Shown one piece after another: positions 30,786 through 40,630 of a stretch of DNA of 64,000 nucleotides; the first letter of the stretch is position 1, and each line of letters starts with the position of its first letter. The notes below the pieces were generated by a model. That model did no database searches. It was not told the DNA's origin and worked only from the letters and a program-made list of their open reading frames with translations. The translations under genes were made by a program, and so were the position numbers. Location: sequence record SRR20825010_2939, one strand, 5' to 3'.

Positions 30786-31406
30786 TTACGCCACCGGCCC
30801 GGACAGGCCGTTGCTGGCGAGGTGAAAGGCAATGATCGCCATCATGGAACCAATGGCGCCATCAATGAACCGCCAGGACATGGGGCTCGACAACCAGGGG
30901 GAAAGCGCCGCCCCGCCGAACGCCAGCAGGCAGAACCACATGACAGACGCACTGCTGGCGCCGGCCACAAACACCAGCGGGCTGGCCTGTTGCGCGCCTA
31001 TGGCAGGGATCAGCAACAAGGTATCCAGATACACCTGGGGATTCAGTAGCGTTACCGCCAGGGTGGTCAACACCACGGTCCGCAGGCTCGAAACATCCGC
31101 TTTCCTGGCATCCAGGGCATCACGTCCTTTCGCAGCACGAGCGAAGGCCAGCAACGCCAGCCAGCTGAGGAACGCCACACCCAACCAGCGCATCACGTCC
31201 AGCGCTTCAGGCACGGCCATCAACGCGGCGTTAACGCCGAACATGCCTGCCGTGAACAGCAAGATATCCGCCGTCATGCAAATGCCGGCGCAATACCAGT
31301 GATGTTCCCGGCGAATCGCCTGCCCCAGGATGTAGGCGTTCTGAGCGCCAATCGCAATGATGATGCCTCCGCACACCAGCAGCCCTGTCAGATAACTTGT
31401 CAGCAT
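30786..31406 (-). CDS. argO: ArgO/LysE amino-acid exporter
   Basis: IIAIGAQNAYIL, TLLNPQVYLDT. Divergent from an ArgP-like LysR gene. Confidence 0.85.
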   Translation of the reverse strand: MLTSYLTGLLVCGGIIIAIGAQNAYILGQAIRREHHWYCAGICMTADILLFTAGMFGVNAALMAVPEALDVMRWLGVAFLSWLALLAFARAAKGRDALDARKADVSSLRTVVLTTLAVTLLNPQVYLDTLLLIPAIGAQQASPLVFVAGASSASVMWFCLLAFGGAALSPWLSSPMSWRFIDGAIGSMMAIIAFHLASNGLSGPVA

Positions 31407-31489
31407 ATTTCCCTCCGAATTTGCTGGAAGCTTAAGGGGTAAGGGCTATACTTAAAAATCATAAACCTTATATCCCATGAATATTTCTT

Positions 31490-32389
31490 ATGTTGGATTA
31501 CAAGCTTCTGCAGGCACTTGCCGCGGTGATCGAGAACGGTGGGTTTGAGCGTGCCGGGGAGATACTCGGGCTCACGCAATCCGCCGTATCACAACGCATC
31601 AAGTCACTTGAAGTACGCCTGGGCCAGCCGGTTCTGGTCCGGCACCCGGAACTGCAGGCAACGCCGGCCGGGAACAAGCTGCTGAACCACTTCCAGCAGG
31701 TACAGCTTCTGGAAAGGGACCTGCGCAAAACCATACCCGCCCTTGCCGAGGACACCACCCGCCTGCGTATCGCTATCAACGCCGACAGCCTGGCCACCTG
31801 GTGGGCCGCTGTGGTTGGGGAGTTCTGCAGCCGGGAGGGTTTATTGCTCGATCTGGTTATTGAGGACCAGGACGTGGGCCTGAAGCGAATGCGCGATGGC
31901 GATGTGGCCGCCTGTCTGTGCAGCAGCAGCCAGCCCATTGCTGGCGGGCGTTGCGTGGCACTGGGGGAAATGACCTATATGCCGCTGGCGACCCCACAGT
32001 ATGTTCGCCAGTTTTTTCCGGATGGCATCACACCAGAAGCTTTCGCCACCTCTCCGGCTATTGTATTTGGCCCCAACGACCAGCTACAGCACCGATTCAT
32101 GGCCGGCTGTGGCTACCACGGCCGTTTCCCCTACCATTTGTGCCCCTCCTCCGAAGGTTTCGTCCAGCTTGCCAGGGCCGGCATGGGCTACGGCATGATT
32201 CCGCAAATCCAGGCCAGTCATTGGCTGGACAATGGGGGCCTGGTCAACCTTGCACCGGGTCATGAGCTGAAAGTGCCCCTCTATTGGCACTTCTGGAGAC
32301 ACAGCGGGGAGTTGCTACAGCGTTTGACCACCACGCTTGAGGGTGCCATCACCCACCATTACCGCGCACGGCGAAACGTCAGGTTGTAA
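31490..32389 (+). CDS. argP: LysR regulator ArgP/IciA
   Basis: TQSAVSQRIKSLE, IAINADSLATW, VPLYWHFW. Confidence 0.9.
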   Translation: MLDYKLLQALAAVIENGGFERAGEILGLTQSAVSQRIKSLEVRLGQPVLVRHPELQATPAGNKLLNHFQQVQLLERDLRKTIPALAEDTTRLRIAINADSLATWWAAVVGEFCSREGLLLDLVIEDQDVGLKRMRDGDVAACLCSSSQPIAGGRCVALGEMTYMPLATPQYVRQFFPDGITPEAFATSPAIVFGPNDQLQHRFMAGCGYHGRFPYHLCPSSEGFVQLARAGMGYGMIPQIQASHWLDNGGLVNLAPGHELKVPLYWHFWRHSGELLQRLTTTLEGAITHHYRARRNVRL

Positions 32390-33009
32390 CGGCAGGCGCC
32401 CGTCAGCGAATGCAGTGCCTGCTTGAGCGTTAACACGCCATGGTAGCGGAGCCGCGCCGGGCCGCCCCAGACCACAACATCACCATGCTCAAGGGGCACT
32501 CGCTGCGGCCGGTCACTGCGCCGGGCGCCTCCGAACTGGAACATTGCCGGCGTGCCCAGGGACACAGAAACGATCGGCTGATCGAAGTCGTCCTCGTCTT
32601 TGTCCTGATGGAGCCCCATTTTGGCGCCAGGTGCATAGCGGTTCACCAGGCAGGCGTCCGGCTCAAACCCCGAGTAGCCCCCCGCGCTTGCTGCCTTTGC
32701 CGCCAGGGACCGAAACACGGCCGGCATCAACGGCCAGGGTTCCCCCGAAAGCGGGTCGGTTTGCTGATACCGATAACCGCCCGCATCGGTCACCCAGCCC
32801 CAGTCTCCGCAACAAGTCATCGCCACCGACATGGTGTGGCCACCGGGTGTCTGCATTTGCCGAAACTGGGCCTGTTCCGCCACGACTGAAATCGCCTCCA
32901 GCAATCGGCTGGCGTCGGCCCGGGCAAAACGGCGAAGGACAACTGCCCCGTCGCAGAGCGGCTCGACCCAGGGCTCTGATGAAGATGACTCGAACAAATC
33001 CATGGTCAT
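32359..33009 (-). CDS. alkB: DNA oxidative demethylase AlkB
   Basis: TPGGHTMSVAMT, WVTD..GYRY, GLHQDKDE (HxD), YHGV, RYNLTFR. Confidence 0.95.
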   Translation of the reverse strand: MTMDLFESSSSEPWVEPLCDGAVVLRRFARADASRLLEAISVVAEQAQFRQMQTPGGHTMSVAMTCCGDWGWVTDAGGYRYQQTDPLSGEPWPLMPAVFRSLAAKAASAGGYSGFEPDACLVNRYAPGAKMGLHQDKDEDDFDQPIVSVSLGTPAMFQFGGARRSDRPQRVPLEHGDVVVWGGPARLRYHGVLTLKQALHSLTGACRYNLTFRRAR

Positions 33010-33115
33010 TACGCGTTCACCGTATGATCAGGAAAACCGGGAGTTTAACGTCTACCCTTAGGGCAGTGCAGTCCCCTGCGCTTCGCTACGCCAGACAACC
33101 GTTTAAGGATGAACC

Positions 33116-35983
33116 ATGCGTCGGAACCGCCAGTCCGCACAGGTATCGCTTGCCTTTCTGATTGCCTCTACAATCACCCTCGGCATGCTGGCACTCACCA
33201 TTGTACTGGTCGGGCAAAGCTTTCGCGGCATGGAAAGCGCCAAGATAACTGCCGCCAGCGCCACGGCCCGCCAGCTTGCCGTCAGTGTAGATGACCGTAT
33301 CCGCGCCATCACAGGCCCGCCGTCAACCGCCCTCGCGGTCCTCAGCCATGACCCTTTGGCCGTCGCCGATACATTGCAACAACGCCTGGTCCGGATGCCG
33401 GTTGTCGCAGACATTCTCGATAGCAGCGACATCGTCAGTGCCGTTTACGCTGGCTATGACAACGGCGATTTTTTCCTGCTACGCAAGATACGTAGCTCTG
33501 GCGCCATGCAGTTCCCTGACGCCCCCACCAATGCGCAATACCTGCTCCAGTCCATCACCAGGGCCGAGGATGGAAGGCCGCAACCCATATGGCACTTCTA
33601 CGATGCCAGCCGCACCCTTCTGGAACGCCGCACGCCTTCCGACTACCGCTTTGATCCCAGAGATCGTGGCTGGTACGAGCTCGCTGATGCCTCCGGTACG
33701 ACGGAACTGACCGCGCCCTATGTTTTCTTTACCACGGGTGAAACCGGTTTGACGCTTTCCCGACGGCAAGCCACTGCGAAGGGCATGGACAACAATACCG
33801 TGTTTGGCATCGATGTAACTGTTACCGACCTGGGCACGCAGCTGGCCGAACTGCGGCAGACGCCCGGCACCCGGATTGCCATCGTCAATGCCGAGGGTTC
33901 CCCCCTGGCCTACACAGGGCCTGATACCACCAACAGCGGAACAACATCCAACACAACAAAGCCACAGGGGCTGAATGACGGAGCCATCAACGCCGTCCTG
34001 GAACGCGATGGCATGCAAGCCACGAGTGAATTGGTAAACCGCTTTACCACTGAAAACCGGGACTGGTACGGCATGACCGAGCCCCTTGAGTCCCTGGACC
34101 AGGAGAACCTGAAAATCGCCGTGGCCATTCCCGCCGACGAACTATTGGCTGATGTTTGGGCAGCTTTGACCCGTCAGACTATCCTGGCGAGTGCTATCGC
34201 ACTTCTGTTGCTGGTCATCGGCTGGTTCCTGGGCCGTCGTGTGGGTAGGCCACTGGAATTGCTGACACGCCGGGTGGGGGCACTCTCCCGTTTTCGTTTC
34301 GACACGTCCGTTTCCGTTGATTCCCATATTCGCGAAGCGCGTCAACTCAGCGTCGCCCTGGACGATATGGCCAGTACGATCCGCAGCTTCCAAAGCATTG
34401 CGACCGCACTCAATCGGGGTCAGGATCTGGATAGCCTTTTGCAGGATATCCTCGAACAGATCGTTCACATCCTCGGGCAGACCCGGGGTGCTATCTACCT
34501 GATGAGCCGTCAGAACAGCGAACTCAGGCTTTCCGTGGACCGCGACATACACCCGCCGGAGACCATCACCGGCGTCAACGCCAAGGACGACGACAACGAC
34601 GTGATAAGGGCGCTCCGTAACGCCCTTTCCGGCCATCCGGTATTCGCCATTCTCAGAAACCGGCGCAAACAGTTGATTGGGGCCCTCGTTATCGAAATGG
34701 AGCATGGTGAGCACACCCACCTTAGCGACGACCTGATCGTATTCGTCGATGAGATCGCCGGCTCCGCCGCCGTTGCGATCGAAACCCGTGAACTGATTGA
34801 AAGCCAGCAGGCGTTGCTTGAGGGCATCATTCGCCTTGTTGCCAACGCCATTGATGCCAAGTCACCGTATACGGGTGGCCACTGCGACCGCGTACCAAAA
34901 CTCGCCCAGATGATGGTCGATGAAGCTATCCAGAGCCCCGCAGAACCCTTTGCCAACTTCACCATGAACGACGACGAGCGCTACGAGTTCCACCTGGCAG
35001 CGTGGCTTCACGACTGTGGAAAGATCACCAGCCCCGAGCATGTGGTGGACAAGGCCGTCAAACTGGAAACGATCTACAACCGCATCCATGAGATTCGCAC
35101 CCGCTTTGAAATTCTACATCGGGATGCGGAGATTCGGTGCCTGAAAAGGCAACTGGCTGGCGAGAGTTCTCAGCAGGCGGAAACCGACCGGGATCGGGAA
35201 CAGGAAGAGCTGCAGGAAGCCTTTCGCGCAGTCGCCAACGCCAACACTGGTGGCGAATTCATGTCGGAGGACGACATAGAGCACATCCGACAGATCGGCC
35301 AACGCACCTGGGTGCGTCATTTCAGTGACAGGCTGGGATTGTCCGGCGACGAAAAGCAGGTTTTGACTGGCACACCGGAGCAGACGCCACCTGCTACAGA
35401 ACCTCTGCTGGCAGACAAACCCGGCCACCTTCGTCCCTGGGGTGAACACAAACCACCCGTTGCCAAAGACGACCCACGAAACCGGTGGGGATTCGACATG
35501 ACACTTCCAGAACATGCCGTTAATCAGGGTGAGCTCCACAACCTGACCGTGGCAAAAGGAACCCTGACCCCCGAGGAACGCTTCCGGATCAACGACCACA
35601 TCGTACAGACCATCTGCATGCTGGACGCCCTGCCCCTGCCTGACAGACTTGCGAACGTGCCCCACCTGGCAGGCACCCACCATGAACGCATGGATGGACA
35701 AGGTTACCCCTGCCGGCTGAACGCAGACGACATGGGCATTCCCGAGCGGATCATGGCGGTGGCGGATATTTTCGAGGCGCTGACCGCCGTGGACCGCCCC
35801 TACAAGGAGGGCAAGACACTGACCGAATCCCTGACCATCATGCAGGGAATGGTGAATGACGGACACATCGACCGGGCGGTGTTCCAGTTGTTCGTCCAGA
35901 CAGGTATCTACCGCCGATACGCAGAGCAACACCTGCGTCCGGAACAAATCGACGCCGTGAATGAAGAACGCTTTCTGACATGA
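33116..35983 (+). CDS. Membrane HD-GYP phosphodiesterase (TM-dCache-TM-HAMP-GAF-like-HD-GYP)
   Basis: DAKSPYTGGHC, LHDCGK, HHERMDGQGYP, ADIFEALTAVDRPYK. Cache motifs YRFDPRDRGWY and PYVFFTT. Confidence 0.92.
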   Translation: MRRNRQSAQVSLAFLIASTITLGMLALTIVLVGQSFRGMESAKITAASATARQLAVSVDDRIRAITGPPSTALAVLSHDPLAVADTLQQRLVRMPVVADILDSSDIVSAVYAGYDNGDFFLLRKIRSSGAMQFPDAPTNAQYLLQSITRAEDGRPQPIWHFYDASRTLLERRTPSDYRFDPRDRGWYELADASGTTELTAPYVFFTTGETGLTLSRRQATAKGMDNNTVFGIDVTVTDLGTQLAELRQTPGTRIAIVNAEGSPLAYTGPDTTNSGTTSNTTKPQGLNDGAINAVLERDGMQATSELVNRFTTENRDWYGMTEPLESLDQENLKIAVAIPADELLADVWAALTRQTILASAIALLLLVIGWFLGRRVGRPLELLTRRVGALSRFRFDTSVSVDSHIREARQLSVALDDMASTIRSFQSIATALNRGQDLDSLLQDILEQIVHILGQTRGAIYLMSRQNSELRLSVDRDIHPPETITGVNAKDDDNDVIRALRNALSGHPVFAILRNRRKQLIGALVIEMEHGEHTHLSDDLIVFVDEIAGSAAVAIETRELIESQQALLEGIIRLVANAIDAKSPYTGGHCDRVPKLAQMMVDEAIQSPAEPFANFTMNDDERYEFHLAAWLHDCGKITSPEHVVDKAVKLETIYNRIHEIRTRFEILHRDAEIRCLKRQLAGESSQQAETDRDREQEELQEAFRAVANANTGGEFMSEDDIEHIRQIGQRTWVRHFSDRLGLSGDEKQVLTGTPEQTPPATEPLLADKPGHLRPWGEHKPPVAKDDPRNRWGFDMTLPEHAVNQGELHNLTVAKGTLTPEERFRINDHIVQTICMLDALPLPDRLANVPHLAGTHHERMDGQGYPCRLNADDMGIPERIMAVADIFEALTAVDRPYKEGKTLTESLTIMQGMVNDGHIDRAVFQLFVQTGIYRRYAEQHLRPEQIDAVNEERFLT

Positions 35984-36073
35984 ACATTCCTCCATCGCGA
36001 CGGGTTATTTTCGAATTCTTCGCCGAAACCCGTATACTTTGCGCAGTTTTAAACACTTGAAAAGGACACTGAC

Positions 36074-36844
36074 ATGTTCGGCCTGTTTATCGGCGGTTTG
36101 ATCGGCTACCTGTTTGGCCGCTTTCCCGGCCTTCTGATTGGCGCTGTGGCAGGCGTACTGTTGACCCGATACATCAAGAGCCGTCTGTGGCAAAAACTGC
36201 GCAATGTGCAGACGGACTTCCTGGAATCCGTGTTTGCGGTGATGGGCGCCCTGTGCAAAGCCGATGGCGTTGTCACTCGCGATGAGATCCAGGTGGCGGA
36301 ACGCCTGTTCGATCGGTTTCGTCTCTCCGGCGAACACCGGGAGCGCGCCAAGGCTGCCTTCAACCGTGGCAAGGCCAATGACTTCGACCTGGATGCGGAA
36401 CTGCAACACTTCCTGCGGGTGAGTGGCCGCCAGCCCGCATTACTGCAGATGTTCCTTCAGGTACAGGTGTCTGCCGTTGCCGCCGATGGTGTGGTCCACC
36501 CGGCCGAACATGAGATGCTGGTGCGTATTGCCCGGGGGCTGGGACTGCCCGAGGCCCAGGTAGACCAGTTGGAAGCCATGTTGAGGGGCGCTCACGCCGG
36601 CCAGGCAGGTGCGTCTGGCCAACCATCGTCCGCCAGCCAGATCGACGATGCCTATAAGGTTCTCGGGGTGTCGCCCTCCGCCAGCGACGCCGAGATCAAG
36701 AAAGCCTACCGCAAACTGATGAGCGAGAATCATCCGGACAAACTGGCTGGGCGCGGCCTGCCGGAAAGCATGCGGGAAATGGCAGAAGAGCGCACCCGTG
36801 AGATCAGCCACGCCTACGACGTAATAAAGGACGCCCGCAACTAA
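36074..36844 (+). CDS. djlA: Co-chaperone DjlA
   Basis: N-terminal TM, TerB-like domain (KADG), J domain with HPD. Confidence 0.92.
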   Translation: MFGLFIGGLIGYLFGRFPGLLIGAVAGVLLTRYIKSRLWQKLRNVQTDFLESVFAVMGALCKADGVVTRDEIQVAERLFDRFRLSGEHRERAKAAFNRGKANDFDLDAELQHFLRVSGRQPALLQMFLQVQVSAVAADGVVHPAEHEMLVRIARGLGLPEAQVDQLEAMLRGAHAGQAGASGQPSSASQIDDAYKVLGVSPSASDAEIKKAYRKLMSENHPDKLAGRGLPESMREMAEERTREISHAYDVIKDARN

Positions 36845-36846
36845 CG

Positions 36847-36867
36847 AAAGGCCCGGCGAGGGCCTTT
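36847..36867 (+). terminator. Intrinsic terminator after djlA
   Basis: AAAGGCCC-GGCGA-GGGCCTTT followed by ACTT. Confidence 0.6.
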
Positions 36868-36984
36868 ACTTACATCCCCTCTACTTGTCGTGCGCCGCGA
36901 TGCAATTTCCTGATATGACATATCGTCACGTTTAGGTTTTATATACAGTGGATACAGTCCCGAAAACAACACGGAGTATCTGCT

Positions 36985-38451
36985 TTGACCGCCCAACATC
37001 CGCTGCAACCCCACCCGCAATCAATGCACACGTTCAGTGACGATCTGCTGGGCCGGCACGACGCCACCGGGCTGGCCGAACTGATTCACAACGGCGACGT
37101 ATCAGCCGGCGAAGTCCTCCAGGCTACCCTGGCCCGGGCGCGAATAGCCGAACCCTTTATCCATGGCCTGGTTACCCCCATTCCGGACGACGGTGCCGGC
37201 ATGATCGCAAATAAAACTCCGGCTGCAAAAACGGTGCCTGGCATCTTTGCGGGTGTTCCCACGGTGATCAAAGACAACACCGAGGTGAAGGGATTCCCCA
37301 CCTCCCATGGCACTGCGGCCATCCATTCCCACCCGGCCGACGAAACCAGCCCTTTCGCCCGTCAGTTGCTGGCCCAGGGCCTGGTGTGTTTTGGCAAAAG
37401 CACCCTGCCTGAGTTCGGCTTCAATGCCACCACCGAACCCGCCCATGACACCCCAAGCCGCAACCCCTGGCACCTTCAATATTCCACCGGTGCTTCATCA
37501 GGAGGTTCCGCGGCGCTGGTTGCCGCAGGTGTCATCCCCATCGCACACGCCAACGATGGCGGTGGCTCCATCCGCATTCCAGCCGCCTGTTGTGGGCTGG
37601 TGGGGTTGAAACCAACCCGGGGACGGCTGATCGACAACGATGCGGCTAAAACACTCCCCATCAATATCGTCAGTGATGGTGTGGTAACGCGCACGGTCAG
37701 GGATACCGCCAACTTCTATCACGGAGCGGAACGCTTTTTCCGAAACCCGAAACTCCCGGCCATAGGAAAGGTAGAGCGCCCCGCCACACGCTCACTCCGT
37801 ATAGGCCTGGTGACCGACTCCATCAACGGTCACGCCACCGACAGTCAGACCCGCGCAGCCGTTGAAAATACAGCACAACTACTCGAAAAGCTTGGCCACA
37901 AGGTGGAACCGGTAGGAGTTCCCGTTGCCTCATCTTTCCCTGATGATTTTGCGCTCTATTGGGGAATGCTGGCCTTTGGTGTGCGCGCAAATGGCAAGCG
38001 GTTGATTCACCCTAGTTTTGACAAGTCACAGCTGGACGGGCTAACCCTTGGGCTGGACAAAGCCTTCCGGAGGCAGTTCTACAAATTACCGGCGGCACTC
38101 TGGCGCCTGCACCGGTCGTATCAGGACTACGCTCGCACCATGGCCAGTTACGATGCCATTCTCACTCCGGTACTGGGTCACACCACGCCCGAAATCGGCT
38201 ACCTGAGCCCCACGGTCGACTTTGATACCCTGTTCGACCGCCTGACCCAATACGTCAGCTTTACGCCACTGGCCAACGCCACCGGCGCACCCGCCATTTC
38301 GCTGCCAGCCAGCCTCACTGAGCAGGGTCTGCCGGTTTCTATTCAGCTGATGGGTAAGCACGGGGGTGAGCAGACACTGCTGGAACTGGCGTTTTTGCTG
38401 GAGGAGACGATGAACTGGCCCAGGATAGACAGCCAGCCCATCAGGTCATGA
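36985..38451 (+). CDS. Amidase signature-family enzyme
   Basis: IKD, GASSGGSAALVA, HANDGGGSIRIPAACCGLVGLKPTRG. TTG start with RBS GGAG. Confidence 0.93.
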   Translation: MTAQHPLQPHPQSMHTFSDDLLGRHDATGLAELIHNGDVSAGEVLQATLARARIAEPFIHGLVTPIPDDGAGMIANKTPAAKTVPGIFAGVPTVIKDNTEVKGFPTSHGTAAIHSHPADETSPFARQLLAQGLVCFGKSTLPEFGFNATTEPAHDTPSRNPWHLQYSTGASSGGSAALVAAGVIPIAHANDGGGSIRIPAACCGLVGLKPTRGRLIDNDAAKTLPINIVSDGVVTRTVRDTANFYHGAERFFRNPKLPAIGKVERPATRSLRIGLVTDSINGHATDSQTRAAVENTAQLLEKLGHKVEPVGVPVASSFPDDFALYWGMLAFGVRANGKRLIHPSFDKSQLDGLTLGLDKAFRRQFYKLPAALWRLHRSYQDYARTMASYDAILTPVLGHTTPEIGYLSPTVDFDTLFDRLTQYVSFTPLANATGAPAISLPASLTEQGLPVSIQLMGKHGGEQTLLELAFLLEETMNWPRIDSQPIRS

Positions 38452-40324
38452 CAGGTTCCGCTCCCTGAACGGAGGGGGGCTCGCAGACGACGACCTGATT
38501 CCGCCCACGCCCCTTGGCCTCGTAGAGGGCCCCATCGGCCCAACTGAAGATGTCTTTGGTGGCATCCGCCTGGCTGGGACAGACGGCACACAAACCAATA
38601 CTCACCGTCAGGTGCAAGACTTCATCCGACACCCGGAACCCGGTTTCCTCAATCCGGCTCCGGATTTTCTCGGCCACTCTCAGCGCCCCCTCTTTCGGGG
38701 TATCCGGCAACAGAACCACAAACTCTTCGCCGCCGTAGCGGGCAGCCAAATCCTGTGGGCGCGTGACATAGTCGCGGATACAGTTGGCCACCATCTGCAG
38801 GCAATCGTCGCCGACCAGATGACCATGTGTGTCGTTGAACTTCTTGAAATGATCGATATCCAGAAGCAGCAGTGACAATGGCTGACTAAATCGATACGCC
38901 TTCACCACCGCCGAGCTGAAGGTACGGTCAAAGTGACCACGGTTCTTGAGCCCGGTGAGCGCGTCGGTGGCACTGAGTTCGCGCAACTGATCGTTGAGCG
39001 ACTCGAGGTCCCGGGTGCGCTCCTGTACTCTCTGTTCAAGTAACGTATTGGCTTCCTGTTGAATACGAAGGGACTTTTCCTGAGCCATCCTGGCTTTGCG
39101 TTCTTCAAGCAACAGGCGCTGTTGGGCCTCGAAAGCACGCTTCTTTTCCCTGTTGAGCCGGTCTGCCAGCGCCATCGATAACAGAATGACGCCCATGGCG
39201 GATCCCACCTGGGTTGCGTTCTCCGTCAGCAGGTTGCGTGGCAACACGGTGAACTTGCTCAACGCCAGGACAATCCCTCCGAAAAGCATAAACACCCAGG
39301 CCAACGCGTAATACCTCGCTGCGGGGTCCTTTTTCAGCCAGCGCACAATGCTGAGCACCAGCATGGTCGTGCAGCCCAGGAAAGCAAGCAGAATGGTCGG
39401 CAGGATCAAGAGTCGATACGGAACCAGCAATCCCGCCGTTGCCATCACACCAGCCATAACGACAATCCCCACCGTCAGTCTGTTGAGAAACGGGTGGTTG
39501 GCTGACGTCACATTGAGAAAGTGAAGGCTAAAGGTGCCGCCAAACAGCACGACCAGATTGAGGAACACGGTGATCGCCTGGTCATTCCACCAGGTAGCCT
39601 CCGGCCAGAGATACTGGAAAGCAACGCCATGCAGGCTCGCCAGGAACAGGGGCATGGCCGAAATGTACCCCACATAATGCAGGAAGCTCCGCTCGCCAAC
39701 CGCCATATACACAAACAAGTTGTAGAGGATCATCACCAGCACAATGCCGTAGTAAATGCCCTCGAACAGGCTGCGGGCCTGCTCGGCCACGTAGAAAGCA
39801 TCCTGATCCCAAAGGGTCAGGGGCACCTGCATGGAACTGGTGGTGTCCACTCGAAGATAGATGGAGAGCTCGTCGTCACGTGAAAGGGAGAGCGGGACAA
39901 GAAAATTGCGGTGGTAGATTGGGCGCTGGTAGAACGGCTGCTTATCACCCAATAACTGTCGTTTTACAAGCTCGCCATCTTCGAGCAGATAGACCTCGAT
40001 ATGGTCCAACACCGGATACCCGATTTCCAGGAACAGGGGAGCCGTGGCGGCCCCTGGGTTGCGAACATTTACCCGGAACCAGTAAACCTCATCACCGTAT
40101 CCCAGGCTAACGCTGTCTTTTCCGTTTGACTGCCACTCTCTTTCGGGAAGCTGTCTCACGGAATCCAGGGGGACGGCGCCGGCGGGTTCCTGCCAATACT
40201 CCACATACCTGAGAAGCTCCAACCGCTTGGCATAACTGTCCCAAACCGCCGGCTCCGCTGAAACCAGAGCAGGCAGCGCAAACAGCATAATGGCGAACAG
40301 AATCTGCGTCAGACCCTTTTGCAA
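38441..40324 (-). CDS. 7TMR-DISMED2 / 7TM-DISM diguanylate cyclase
   Basis: Signal peptide, DISMED2 (YWFR, DHIEVY), 7 TM, GGEEF with I-site RPQD. Confidence 0.92.
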   Translation of the reverse strand: MQKGLTQILFAIMLFALPALVSAEPAVWDSYAKRLELLRYVEYWQEPAGAVPLDSVRQLPEREWQSNGKDSVSLGYGDEVYWFRVNVRNPGAATAPLFLEIGYPVLDHIEVYLLEDGELVKRQLLGDKQPFYQRPIYHRNFLVPLSLSRDDELSIYLRVDTTSSMQVPLTLWDQDAFYVAEQARSLFEGIYYGIVLVMILYNLFVYMAVGERSFLHYVGYISAMPLFLASLHGVAFQYLWPEATWWNDQAITVFLNLVVLFGGTFSLHFLNVTSANHPFLNRLTVGIVVMAGVMATAGLLVPYRLLILPTILLAFLGCTTMLVLSIVRWLKKDPAARYYALAWVFMLFGGIVLALSKFTVLPRNLLTENATQVGSAMGVILLSMALADRLNREKKRAFEAQQRLLLEERKARMAQEKSLRIQQEANTLLEQRVQERTRDLESLNDQLRELSATDALTGLKNRGHFDRTFSSAVVKAYRFSQPLSLLLLDIDHFKKFNDTHGHLVGDDCLQMVANCIRDYVTRPQDLAARYGGEEFVVLLPDTPKEGALRVAEKIRSRIEETGFRVSDEVLHLTVSIGLCAVCPSQADATKDIFSWADGALYEAKGRGRNQVVVCEPPSVQGAEPVMT

Positions 40325-40630
40325 AGATATTCCCAGTTCAAGAGAGACAATAAATTTGTTGTTTTTTCGCTACCAGCATAAACCAGAAACCGGCATTTCG
40401 CCGCAGGCGCCTTTAAAATGACTCAATCAGACAATAAAGCCTAACTAACTGCGGTACTTCCGAACGCTGGTGAAGACCCATGTCCCACTCTTATGACTTC
40501 AAAGTGGACAGTATCGGGGCCGGGTGCCAGTATGAGAAAGTCGAAAAATGAAAAATGCTGGCGCAAAGCGACCAAACGCCGCTCCTTGTCGTACACCTAC
40601 TATCGTCCTCGAAACTGACAGCCAGAGACT

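Noticed and set aside
32359..32389. 31-bp convergent overlap of argP and alkB (smaller ones at 38441, 57153 and 63122)
   Set aside because: Short tail-to-tail overlaps are common in compact genomes, and both proteins look complete.
36933..36957. Possible LexA box (…TTTTATATACAGT, GGATACAGT) upstream of the amidase
   Set aside because: Only right half-sites are present. The left triplets at CTG-N10-CAG spacing are TAG and TAT.
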